Positions 25,313 through 38,089 of a DNA stretch of 64,000 nt are shown piece by piece. A model generated the notes under the pieces. It searched no databases. It had not been told where the DNA came from and worked only from the letters and a program-made list of their open reading frames with translations. This DNA comes from Camelus dromedarius (Eukaryota). Position 1 is the first letter of the stretch; each line of letters starts with the position of its first letter. The translations under genes were made by a program, and so were the position numbers. The DNA lies in the NCBI RefSeq assembly GCF_036321535.1, contig NC_087436.1, positions 119,352,001-119,416,000 of the forward strand. The letters are read 5' to 3'.

Positions 25313-25879
25313 GTAAGTTTCCCTTTGATTTCTAATACTTGGGGAGAAAAAGGAGGGACTTCAGTTTTTGGTGTACAGCATGATGTTTTGGTCATACATA
25401 CATATATTTGTTTTCATGTTCTTTTTCATTGTAGGTTACTACATCTTGATTAAAAAGAAACTTAGAAAAATAAACTACTCATTATCTTACCACTGCTACA
25501 TAAACATTATCACTTCTTTTAAAGCATTTTTCTATCTATATATTGAGTTTTATATTTTTTATGGACTTTTAATTACAGGATAAAAATTATATAGATTTTT
25601 CCCATTTAACGTATTTCATTTTGTTACTGTATTATCTTTATATTTTTTAGTGGCTAAGTTATATTTCATCAAATAATATTCTAATAGCAGTCTAATATAC
25701 TCTGCATTAATGGATATGTAGCTTGCTCTTGACTTTTTGTTATGCTGTCTAGAATATTTTCATGTGTGGCTTTTTCCATGGTCTATATTATTTCTTTTGG
25801 GTATATTCCTAGAATTGAGATAGCAGTTCTGACATTTAAGAACACTCTACTTGCTTGATTCATAATTTTGGGGTTTTTC

Positions 25880-26014
25880 TTCTTTTTTTAAATTCTGGTT
25901 TTGGGGGGAAGGTAATTAGATTTTTATTTATTTTAATAGAGGTACTGGGGATTGAACCCAGGACTTTGTGCATGCTAATAAGCAAGTGCTTTACCACTGA
26001 GCTATACCCTCCCC
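25880..26014 (-). mobile_element. tRNA-Ala-derived SINE (vic-1-like)
   Basis: gaggtactggggattgaacccaggac...taccactgagctataccctcccc. TSD not clear. Confidence 0.87.
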
Positions 26015-26761
26015 TGCTTTAGTTTTTAAGAAAATATTGTAAGATTATTTTATTGATCTTTTGACACTTCATATATAATATTTCTCATGTCCTTCAGCAT
26101 CCTGAAATAACAATAGTTTTAGAATTTAATTGCCTATTTAAATGAATACTATGAATTCTTACTGAATTACTCACTGTAAGGTATAATCTCTGAGACCATA
26201 ACTACTTAGAAAATTATTTTGCTTTCACCATGCTGTTTGAAATAGTGTGCTTTAAGTACCTTTATAATGTAAAGTTAAATTGAGAAGATTCACACAAGGT
26301 ATCTAGAGAGGCTTCCCACCTCTGGAACTTCCTTCCTAAACTAAATATCTAATGGCCTCATGTTGGAGTAAGCAGCTTTGCTGCATGTGGTAATCTGCAG
26401 AAGTTTATTCTGTCTGACTGCCACCTGTCACACACGCCTTGAAGTCTGTGCAGCCCTTCCCAGCTCTGCGTTCTCATCCTGCTCAGCGCTGTCTGCAAGA
26501 GCCCGGCTCCCGGGCCCGTGCACACGGAACCTCGTGCACGCCCCACCTCCTGTCTTCCCTCCACTGTGCTCCTTGGGGGCCAGGACTGTGAGTTACCCAT
26601 CTTTGCAGCTCCCGGTGCCTAGCAGTGAGCGCCGATTGTGTAAAAGGTACTCAATTTCTCTTGAACTGAATTGAACCTCAGTTTCCAAAGAGTCTCCCCT
26701 TTTCATCCTGTCCTTTTTCCTCTTCCCACCATTTTCCTTTCCCCCACCCCTTTGATTTTTT

Positions 26762-27393
26762 TTTTTGCGAGATAATTATTTATTTTTATTGAGTTACAGT
26801 TATTTTACAATGTTGTGTCAAATTCCAGTGTAGAGCACAATTTTTCAGTTATATGTGAACATACATAGATTCATTGTCACATTCTCTTTTGCTGTGAGCC
26901 ACCACAAGATCCTGTATTTATTTCCCTGTGCTATACAGTACAATCTTTTATCTATTCTACATTTTGAAATCCCAGTCTGTCCCATCCCACCCCCCGCCCC
27001 CTTGGCAACCACAAGTTTGTATTCTGTGTCTATGAGTCTGTTTCTGTTCTGTATTTATGTTTTTGTTTTTGGTTTTTGTTTTTTTTCAGATTCCGCATAT
27101 GAGCAATCTCATATGGTATTTTTCTTTCGCTTTGTGGCTTACTTCACTTAGAATGACCTTCTCCAGGAACATCCATGTTGCTGCAAATGGCGTTATGTTG
27201 TCAGTTTTTATGGCTGAGTAGTATTCCATTGTATAAATATACCACATCTTCTTTATCCAATCATCTGTTGATGGACATTTAGGCTGTTTCCATGTCTTGA
27301 CTGTTATAAATAGTGCTGCTATGAACATTGGGGTGCAGGTGTCATTTTGAAGTAGGGTTCCTTCTGGATATACCCAGGAGCGGGATTCCTGGG
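26762..27393 (-). mobile_element. Young 5'-truncated L1 3' end with perfect TSD
   Basis: Minus ORF MFIAALFITVKTWKQPKCPSTDDWIKKMWYIYTMEYYSAIK. 14-nt TSD ccctttgatttttt at 26748-26761 and 27394-27407. Confidence 0.93.
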
Positions 27394-27469
27394 CCCTTTG
27401 ATTTTTTAACTTCTGATTTCTTGAAGCGGCTGCCTCATAGACTGTGGGATAGGAATGTGGAAGTTACTG

Positions 27470-27980
27470 CTCATATAATAATCTTGGGTACCTTTTTGTT
27501 ACAAAGAGTAGGAACACATGTAACCTAGTTAAAGAAAAAAATGGAAATATACATAAAGGATACAGGATACCTCACTGAAACCAAGTGCTGGAACTGCAGC
27601 AGCCTCGGGAGCAGCCTGAGCTGGGAGCGCAATGATTAGCAGCCAGTCATTTTCTCTGATGACCCACAGTCTCCCATTGCTTCTCCCTGTTTCTGAGTCA
27701 TTCCCTCTCTTCCTGAAGTCTGGCTTTCTCCACTTCAGCACACACATGGTGAGAAAACGACCATTCTAGCCCCAGCCCAGCATGACTGCTCAAGTGTAGA
27801 ACCCAACCCCATCCAGTTAGAGGGAGAATCTGATTGGCTAGGCTTGGACCAGGTGTCCACCCCGGGTTTGATAAGCTGTGGTGAGGGGACAGAGTTGCTT
27901 GGAGGTCCACCCTTTCAGCAGTGACGGGCAGCCCTCAGAGAAAAGAGGGTGGTTGGACAGTTACCCAAAAGGTGTCTTCT
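27470..27980. mobile_element. MLT1-type solo LTR
   Basis: agggagaatctgattggctaggcttggaccaggtgtccacccc...agctgtggtgagggg. Confidence 0.6.
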
Positions 27981-30579
27981 GGGGGACACTGAAGGGAGTA
28001 ATAGATTGGTAAAGGAATTTGGAGCTTTTAAAGGAATTCAGAATGCAGATGGTTTTTAAAAGTGAGAGGTTAGTTCAGGTAAATTCTTTGAGTACAGTCC
28101 AGAGAAGCTGCTGCTGAGTCATGGTTGGGAGGAAAATATGAGTAGGGAGTTTCAATCTGGGACAGGATCTTATTTCTGCCTTAGAGCAAAGTTGCTGAGA
28201 AACGACTCTAGCCTTCGACTCATGGTGAAGCGGAGTGAAAAACAAGGACAGCTGAAGCCAGCTGTGGAAGAGTAGGGAGCACAGATACCTTGTCCTAGTG
28301 CAGTGCAAGACCCGGCTCCTCCTGCAGCCTGCTGAGTGTGTGTAATCCATCCTAGCCAAGCAGGCTGTGTGCAGACAGGAGCTTGGTGTCGGGTAGAAAC
28401 AGCACAGGGAAGGAGAGTGGGTTGCAGAGATCTTTGATTCTCTGAGTTGCTCCTTTGGAAAATGCTTTCCTTTGCCTGGCTGTCAAAGGCAAGATTTTTG
28501 TTTACAAGCGCAATGAAGTCTATTTGTCGTGTCTTACTCTGTCCTTCTCATTTTATGATAAATGATTGCATTGCTTTTTCCTAATAGTGATTGTTTTTTA
28601 ATCTTACCAAATTAAAGTTGGATGAGGAAGTGAATGTGCCAGGCATACACCAGGAACTCAACCGAGTGCTTGGGGACAGAATGAAAAGGAAGTAGGAAGT
28701 CTTCAAGCCCAGAGCTCCGTACCTGAGGCACCTGCTGTTTGTACATTGGTGCACAGGCCCTGTAAGCCAGCTCGTCGGGTTCTTGGGGAGCCAGTGGAAA
28801 GAAGTTGAAAAGAACCCTCTTTAATTATGGCCTGTAACCATAGAAAGGAATCAATGTGGTCGTTTATGAACTGTGGGCTATTTGTGTGTCCCCTGGCTTT
28901 CCTTTCTAGACTGTCTGGTGGCTCCGGTGAAAACAAAGGAGCGAGGAAGGCGCTACATAGGAAATTGTAATGCCAAAGTTCTGTTTTATATTTTGACCAC
29001 AGTGAAGGTCTGTGTATAGTGTGGTGTTCGTCTCCTAAACGCTGAGGATGGCAGTGCTTGTGGTTCTGTGCTTTGCTTTCCCACCCAGTTCTAGTGGCAA
29101 CTAAGAGCTCTTCTTAGTGCAGCTCTGTGTAGTCACTACGAACTGCTCAGAATCCAAAGCCACTAATAAGTTTACAATCTAATTGATTAAAATGTGAATG
29201 ACATAATCACATGACTATAACATAGGTGATATGACTGTAACATAGGCTCTCACTGTGCTGGCCAGGTAAGTAGAGGTGATATTATGTATTACACAAGATG
29301 AATTCTTTTCTCGTTACTTTCCCGTGTGCATGTGTGACTGTCACAGCTGCAGTGTTAGCTGTTTCTATAAAAGCATCCCCAAGGTATCAGACTCCTCACC
29401 GCATCGTGGTATGAGTAGAATGGCTGACTTCCCTTCCACGTACCTGTGATGTGACTCTGTGCCTCCACGTAATTCTTGCATCAGGTTGTGCCCCACATTA
29501 CAGCACGTCTCTTGACCTGCTCAGGTCAATATTTTATCTGAGAAATGTTGCCAAAACCACATGGAAGCTCAGTTATGTCGAATTTTTATTTTATATGTTG
29601 GCGGCACCTGTGAAGACCTGCAGGTGGTGGTTGTTTATCCCTCCGGGGGATCATGACCTTCCATGGGCCTCATTGTTTGTTAGGTCCCAGCTGAAACTGC
29701 CTTTCTAATGCTCTTCGTTCACGCATGCAGATAAGAGGTAATTCTCAGGGTGCTCGTTTTCTATAACATTTTGCACTTGCTTTGAGTGCAGTTAGTAATG
29801 GGGCCTGTAGAGAGGAGTGGGGCTGGGACGCAGTGACGGGGCACTTTATAGATACGGAAGGTTATCCTAAGCTGATTCGTTCCTGTTGTCAGTGGACATG
29901 GTGTGTGCACCCAGACCTCTCCTCCCTTTTAAAAACTTGAAACAAAGTTGAGCTGTGCCAGCTGTTGCTTTCTGACTCCTCGAGTTTACTTGGTTCTGTT
30001 TTCTCTATCCCCAAAGTTCAAGCTTTTTATGTTGTTTGGTTTTGTTTTATTTTTAATAATTAGTTATATTTTGGTGTTTTGTTTTGTTTTTTTAACTGAG
30101 CTACTTAAAACTGAATCGAAGCTAGGATTTCATCTTCCACTTTGGAAGAATATCAGAAACTCAACAAGGCCCTGTTTGGGGAGTAAATGAAGTTAGGATG
30201 CAATGATAACTTGTTTTGGTTAAGTTAGTTTTGAAAAGTAACAGCGCTGCTGCATACCCTGGGTAGCTGACTCCGCCGGTGGTTCTGTAGAGAGCCTTAC
30301 AGAGGACTTATGATCCAGGTGTGGAGTCTTACTCTAGTTGCTCATATTTTCACATTCAGCTAAGCCTGCCTGTAGAATTCTTTCTGCCAGTTAAAGTACA
30401 CAGTACATCTTAGTATTTCGTGTATGTATTGTTTATCTGCTGTGCAGGGTTGTATGTACAAAAACCATGTAAAGTAGTTCATGGGAGTACTTTCAGGGTT
30501 GATTTTGACCATACATCTTGTTTCTTTGCATGCTGATGTTAGAGCTTAATTCATTCTGGATAATTAGAGCATGAGACAG

Positions 30580-31255
30580 TGATAATCTTTATTGAGCACT
30601 TAATGTGTGTGGTACCTGTCTGGTGTTCTGTGTACGTTGTACGAGGTGATGCTGTGCACCTTCTACAGGCCAGCCCTCTGAGAAGCCACGTTATTAAAGC
30701 TGGGAAGGCTCACAATTGCTGTGTTGTCACAGCCAGCCCTGCTCTGGGAAGCCCAGGCCTATCTCCTAGGGCATGGATGGAGCGGGAGCACTCAGGGGAG
30801 CCTGGAGGCCCTTCTGAGGACTTTGGCTTTTCCTCTGATAAACCACGAATATTGGAGAGTTTGGAGTAGGGGTAATGTAAGGGCCCAGCTGGCCACTGCA
30901 GGAAGACTGGTTGGAGGGGCCGAGGCAGATGCAGGGAGAGCAGCTAAGGAGCCATCATATCAGACCAGAGGGTCGGTGAGGATGGGACCTGGTTAGATTC
31001 CAAATCTGTTTTGAAGTTGGAACTGACAGGATGGACATGGGGTGGAGGAAAGGGGCAGGGTTGAGGCGGATAGCCAGGGTTTTGGGGCTGAGCAGCTGCA
31101 AGAATGGGATTTTCATTTACTGAGGAAAAGGAAACTAGGGATGGAACACTAATTTGTGGGTGGATGGGTGTGAATTAAGATTTGAATGTGAGGTGCCCAG
31201 GAGAGTGCAGTGGAGATGCTGAAAACGCAGTTGGATATGCATGTCGGGCTGATGG
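30580..31255. mobile_element. L2 fragments
   Basis: tttattgagcacttaatgtgtg...ggactttggcttttcctctga...ttttgaagttggaactgacagga...gcagttggatatg. Confidence 0.7.
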
Positions 31256-33516
31256 GCGGGTGGTTTGGGGAGGAGGTTAAATAACAGACCCCTTGCTTGT
31301 TTATCTCACCAGAGCTCGCTGGCTCACGGTCTCCCGGGGCTGAGCAGGAAGCTAAGTGAGTAAGACAGGAGGGAGAGGGGAGGCCTGTGGTGAACCGCAG
31401 GGCCCAGGCCCACCCCGGCGCTCGCTGATGGTTACCTTGGCGAGTGCTGTCCTGGTGATGCCAGGTCTTCTCTCTTAGAAAAGTTAGAAAATTGGGATTT
31501 TTATAGGAAATTTCCTGAACTATCAAATGCCGAAAGTGAGGGTATGAAAAAGGAAACCAGGGGGAGGGGCTGCTATAAAAATCTGAGAGTGAGGTGAGCA
31601 AAAGGGCATAAAAAGAGGTATGTGTGGGGTTATGGTGTGGGCTGTGAGCAACCCGGTGCGGGAGGTAGACAGGCAGACACGGAGCAGGTGCAGAGACACA
31701 GCAGTGCACACCCATGCAGGCGGCCTGGGAAACACTCACAGCGCAGCTCGGCCCCGCACCCTTTCCTGACGGCGCTTCTCCGCACCTCTCTCCAAGGTTC
31801 CCACTGCTCTGAACTGGTGCTTCTCTCCCGCGTGCGCCTTTATACTTTTACCAAATGGTATTTGAGGAGATACACAAATGTGAGACTATTCTGCATGTTA
31901 ACTTTACATGAGTAGTATCATACTGTATTTTATAACTTGCTTCTTTTAGTTAACATTTTTAAAGATTTATCTGTGTTGACAGTGTGATCTTATAATTTCT
32001 TTTCACTGCTGAATAGTTGTCCATTGTAACACCATAAAGCTGTTTATTCCTCTGGTAATGGACCTCTCAGTTGTTTCCCAGTTTTGCTTGTTATAAAGAG
32101 CGCAGGAAGGAACGTTCTCGTGTATGTGTACCGTGCTTTCTGCAGAGTCTATCCTTAGGCATCAACTGCTACATTAAAGTCAGTTGTTGGTTTTTTCCCA
32201 CCATTTTGGCATTACCACAGACCTGAATATCTGATGAAAGCTATAGACCTAACTTGAAAGATACACATAAACTTTTCTTATGTGCCCACTGGTAGCCTCC
32301 TTAAGAATTCATGCTTCCTGGATTAAGAATAACCATTCTAAGTTCTGCTTTGAGGAACTTGGCTATTCTTGTCACTCCCCCAGTGAGGTGTGACAAGCAG
32401 TATATCCAGACAGTGAGCCTGGAGCCTTCCAAGCTCCTTTTCCTGAATCTCCTTCAGGAAGTTTGGTTGTTTCAGGAGGAACAGGGATATCTGACGGGAA
32501 GAGAAACTGCCATCTCCAAATTAAAGTTAGAAACGGGACATTTGTCTGCATACATTAAAAATATGGTCTGCCTAAATCACTAGGATGCTACCAGAAACCA
32601 GGAAAGTTGAAGGACTTGAATATTCAAGTTGAAGTATTTTCTTCTGTAGATGATGAAACGGAGGCTCAGAGACATTGAATACCTTGTCCAGCTTTTATGT
32701 GACCCGGGCATCTCTGCCCTGTCCAGGTGATGCTCTCCAGACCGTAGCCCTGCTAAAGAGTGAGGCAAAGCAGAGCTGCGCTTTTCTAAGTTTTGTTTAA
32801 TCAAGCTATTTGGTCATTGCTTGTAACAGAGGTTGACATCTTCTACTTCTTATGACAAACTTTAACTGTGTTTTGTCCATCATTCCAAGAGGACGTAGGT
32901 CTCTTCCTCCCTGGCCTGTGGTAGGCATGCAGACAACGTGTATCCACTGGAGACACCTCTCCTCCTCTGCACCATGTTCTAGAGAGCAAGCACAAGTCCA
33001 GGCTGGGGGCAGGCCAGTGAGTGGATTTTCGTAGACCCCCGTGTGTTTAGGTTGGGAATCACAGCCCTCGTACAGGTGCCTTGACAGAGACAGCCTTTTT
33101 TTAATTTGGATTAAAAAAAATTTTTTTTTATCTTTGAATGGCCAGGGGTGTTTATTCTATCCTCATAGCCACGTGCACCGCTGCTTCCTGTTGCATTAGA
33201 CCTAGTTGTCACACGTCTGTGTTACTTCCCTGGCCACTGAGGCACGAGTTTATGAACCTTGCTGTATATTCTCAGTTATCTCATTGGTGCTCTTTTGTTT
33301 AATGACTCAACCTTAATTTAGTTCTAAATTTTAAAAAGGCTTTTAAAAACTTCCGCTCAGTAAAGTATGGAATTGATCACTTACTCTCAGGGAATGGTCA
33401 CCAGTAATCATTCCATCAGTGCCTAGCTCTGCTTTAGACATTAAAGTCTGAGATCTGAAAAACTGTAGACGACTTCCATGTGCAGGGTGGGTCTGAACAC
33501 AGGAATGTTTGGAAGT

Positions 33517-33900
33517 CTGTTCCTTGGTTATTGCTGCATGACAGGGTACCCCAAAACTTAATGACTGACAGCAGCAGCCATTTTAGCTGCTCACAGTCCT
33601 GTGGGTTGGCTAGGGTTCGGCTGGGAGGTTCTTTGGCTGGTCCTGTCTGAGATCTCATGCTGTCGCAGTCAGTGGTAGCTGGGACTGGAACATCCAGGAT
33701 CGCTCTCTTCACTTGTCTGGCAGCTCAGCCACCTTCTCTACATGGCTCGTTTAGGCTTCTGCACCTGGCAGGGGAGCCCAGGAGGGCATGCTTCACACTT
33801 GGTAGTGTCTCACTGAGGAATCCCAGCAGACTTGTGAGAGGGGTCTGCACTAGGGGTGAGTGCCAGAAGACATGGTTCCCTGGGGCCCCAAAGGATAGGC
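33517..33900. mobile_element. MLT1-type LTR
   Basis: tattgctgcatgacagggtaccccaaaacttaatgactga...gctcacagtcctgtgggttggctagggttcggctgggaggttctt. Confidence 0.7.
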
Positions 33901-36900
33901 TTTCCCCATCCTGGCAGATACTTTCTGGAGAGATGGAAAACAGACAGGCTTAGGACACCGGGCACCTCTGAGGGAAATCATGAGATCCCATAATGAACAT
34001 TGGGGGCTAAATGAAAGTTGGCAAATTGACTGGGGAATCCCCACCCCTTTCTTCTGCCTGGCTGCCAGAACTCTGAAGACGGGGAATTTCTCTCTGAGGA
34101 AAAGCTTGCTGCAAAGAAGAAATATTCAAGGGACAAGATGATCTCTTGAAAATTTGAAAAATAATAATATGAAAAGACTCAACAGAAGGATTGGAAGATA
34201 CAGCTGAGGAAATCTCCCAGAAGGAGGAACCAAAAAATGAAGAAATTGTAAATACGAGAGAAAAAAGAAATGAGGGGACTGACACAAGAAGCCCCCAGAC
34301 CGGCTATTAGGAGTTGTGTCAGTGGTATTCGCACCGTTTTCCAGCTGTGAAAAGTGAGGCTTCAGTAGGTGAGTGACTTATGGCTCACTAGTCATGTGGC
34401 TAACTCTGGGGTGAAAGTCAAACCCAGTTCTTTTTGACTCCCACCTTGCTGCCCCTGAATGGAACAGGCCGTTGAGTGTCCCTGAGGATCATGCTGCTTA
34501 GTGATCACAGGGCTGGTGTGGGAGTACCTGTACAGTATTGGAGCATATCCAGTCCAAAAGGGTTCTCCATAGAGGATTAACCTTTGAGATGACTCATATA
34601 GCTGCAGAAACCTTTGAATATGGAGAGGAGAGGAAACGAGAAAAATAAATCAGCTTGCCTTTGTTTTCTTTATCCTAATGATTAAGGTCATTGGTTGAGC
34701 AGGATGGGAGGCAGGGAGGATGGAGAAGCACTGGAAATGCTGTGGGATGGGAAATGACAGAAATGTGTCTGGGAACACACAAGACTCCCAGAAGCAGTGG
34801 GACAGTGGCTGCAGTGTTTGACGCAGGCTCCGTCTCCACCATCACGGGAGGGTCTGACTCCAGCCTGCAGCCCAGGGGAGGGGACGCGGCAGTGCCAGCA
34901 CCCGGAGCCCAGGCAGAATCCAGGGGCCTCCAGGTTATCTGGGTCAGATGAGTTATGTTTCTTCCTCCTCCAGCCTCCAGCTCAAATAGCAGCAGAAATT
35001 CAAGGCGTTTCAAAAGCAATGAATCCCAATATGAGACTTTGGAAAATCAAAAACATACCCAAAATCTAGAGAAGGCACCAGTGTTTAGGTGACTGATATG
35101 ACAGGCATTCTCGTGGGTGCCTCACATGTTCATCTTCTTAGTTTATGCGCGGGCTTCTTGAGAGGCAGGTGTTCAGAGACAAGGAGAGGCCCACAGCCTG
35201 CTGCCCAGGGAGTATGCGGCAGGGTGGGACTGCAGACCCACATCCGTTCCTCCTGGCCATCTCCTTGGAGAAGTAAGGGTTATTAGAGTGTAGCCTCCAT
35301 GAGGGCAGGGAGCTTGTCTCCCCGGGTGTCCTGCCTGGCACACTGGGGGCCCCTGACCATTTGCTGACAGGGTGAGAGAGAGAGAAACCAGTGGACGGCC
35401 GTGCACCTGGAAGACTGCTTCCTGGCCCGCTGCTGCGCCACGCAGTCCCTGTGTGCGCGCGGCTCCCCGCATTCAGACCCGGGTAGCGTAACGTGGACTT
35501 TAGAGCGCTCTTACGGTTTGCAGAGCACTGTTGCGTGTTAGTTTGATTCTGAGGGGTAAGTGGGTAATACCCATTTTACAGTTGAGAAGACAATTCATCA
35601 ATTTAGTGGTAGAATGTTGGTATTTTTTTTTTTTACCTACAGCATGTTCTATAGAGTTCTCCCTAAAATGTGGGTATAATGTACTTTCTCTTTCTTAAGA
35701 TACTGCAGTCTCTTAGTATTCTTGAATGCCCCTGTGGATATGGTATACTATTAAAATATGATCATTAAACTCATCTAGTAGTTTATACCATAATTGGGAA
35801 AGTAAACAAAACTTCTCATTAACAGCAAATCAACACTTCAGAACAGCTGCCATAAGATGACAGTGTACAGTGCTGCTTTTGCTATCCCCTTTAGTTTTTC
35901 AGTTTGCTATTACAGGAACCCAGTGGTCTAATAATTTTTATTTATATATGTATATGTGTATGTGTTTGTAGGATGCTGCAGGAATCAAGGAAGAAAGGCA
36001 GAGGCCTGGTGTGGGTAGAGCTTGCTCTCGGTCACAGAGATCAGGAGTAAGCTCATTGTTGCTTTTCCGTTTATGTTTGACAGCAAACGTGTATACTCCT
36101 AAGCTGCGTTAACTGTCCAGAACAACTGAAGTTACAGTTGTGTGGAGGTAATTTCCAAGATGAGGCGTAAAAAATAGTATCTGTTGACTAGGTTGTGGTG
36201 ATTGTTCTGTGGAGACCCGTAAACAGCCCGCCACTTCAGAGCACTGAGCGGAGTGGAATAAGCAATCCCTAGGGGCTCGGTGCTCTGCCCTGGAGACTGG
36301 CACCGGGTTTAGAAACACAGGGACAGGACTCGCTGTACAGGAAAGCGTGCAGCCGCGTGTCAGCTGACGCCGGTGTTAGGTTCACGGTCTGGAGGAAATG
36401 GAGTAAAACGGCCATACTCATCACACCTTGAGCGTTATGGTAAGCTGAGGCTCTCCAATGGAATTGTGTAGTCAGAGCTGGGTTTGTGACTAATATCTAC
36501 CATGGTTTTTAAGGGTGTTTTTAAGGAAAGGACAGCTCTTCTCTGGCCCATTTCTCTTTCTTCTCCTGTCCTTTCTCCTTGTAAAAGCTGCGATATGACG
36601 TGAATGGAATGTGACTGTCAGTGTTTATAATTAATCGTTTTCATGGTAATTTTTCTCGCTGCTCAAACTGTGTAATGTGCGGTTTCTTGTTTAGGATTTC
36701 TCTAGTACTTGTGCTGAGTCATTCTGAGTGAAGTGAATGGGGTAACGTTCTATTTTTAGCCCCTCAAGGCCCTCTGAGGGCGGCGGGTGAGCAGAGTCCT
36801 GTGCATCTGTTTGGATCGTGCCCACCGAGAGACTCAATTCCACATTACATAGGACTTTCAGCCACTGAATAAATGTAAAGTTCCTAGGAAGTATATTCAC

Positions 36901-37683
36901 TTTTTTTGTACCTTGTAAAAGATCTTTCTTTCCCCCTGTGAGAAATAGAGAATTTTAGAAGTTTGCAGTCGGCGTGGTGGGAGATTGGTTCATGCCTATT
37001 TCCAGCACTCATTTTTCTTTAGAATTTGGCTCTTACTCTCATCCTCCCGATTTCAGACTCTCTACGTGCTCTTCTTGCGTTTTACCCCAGGTCTGCGCAG
37101 AGGCTAATGCCCTGTTCATGACCCTTAAAGTACGGCTTTCACATTTGTTCACGGTAACGATGCATATTTTCTGTCTGCTGTTTCTGTTCCAGTCACGAGT
37201 GTGCACTTTAAAAGAAAAAAAATCACCTTGCTTTTCTTCAGCCCATGAGCTCCTAGAGGCCCACAATGAGATTTTTGTGATTTTAATTTGTACTAAATCT
37301 GGTTACAAGCGCTTACTCCACAGATACAGAATGCTGTTTTTGATGGTGACTGACTTTTAACCATAATTGGGCGTTTAGGTCCTTAGGCTTCCCTGTGGGC
37401 AAGATGCTACATCCCTGGGAAGACAGAATCTGTGTGGGAGGTACATTGATAGTTTTGCTTTTTATTAGTAGGTGCCATTGAATATACTTTATTAGTAAAA
37501 TATGTATACTAAATTGGATCTACAAGCCTGTAATTTTTAAACTTGTGTTCATTTAAATATTGATAATGTATTTCTTTTGAAACGTGGAAGATTTATAAAA
37601 CTTTTGTACTAAAACAAGAGTATACAAATACCTGACTTGTACATACCTGGCAGTAAACTAACGTGTGTTTTGTTCTCATGCAG

Positions 37684-37750
37684 AGCTCTGGTATCGAGAC
37701 TTTAGTGGAGGAGCTCTGCTCCAGGCTGAAAGACCTTCAGAGTAAGCAAG
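37684..37750 (+). CDS. KIAA0232: KIAA0232 coding exon 3 (67 nt, phase 0-1)
   Basis: ctcatgcag|AGC TCT GGT; SSGIETLVEELCSRLKDLQSKQ; donor AAG|gtgaga. Confidence 0.95.
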
Positions 37751-38073
37751 GTGAGAACACCGCTTCCAAAAGGCTGTCTGTGCGCAGTAGGATCTAGTCA
37801 ACAAGGAGTTTGATTGGGGGAAATAGAATTGATCCAAAAGGAAAGGCAGCAGGAACAAAGCCTTTGTATTCGGTGTGTCACGGGGCCGGGGCCAGTATCA
37901 GGCAGTGTCTCTATCTGTGAGTGGCTTCCGGGTCAGCCCTCCCTCCACCATCACTCGTAGATACATCCCTGTTCTCAGAGGAGTGACTTAATCCACAGGT
38001 GCCCTAGGGAGAGGAGACTTCTCTTTTTGTTCAGATTGAAGCCCAGGGATCAGGAGCAATAATCTCTTCTCTT

Positions 38074-38089
38074 CCCCCCCCCCCCCCCC
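38074..38089. repeat. Poly-C (C16) homopolymer
   Basis: 16 consecutive C. Confidence 0.9.

Noticed and set aside
31149..31739. 196-aa minus-strand ORF
   Set aside because: Overlaps degenerate repeats; no recognisable protein features.
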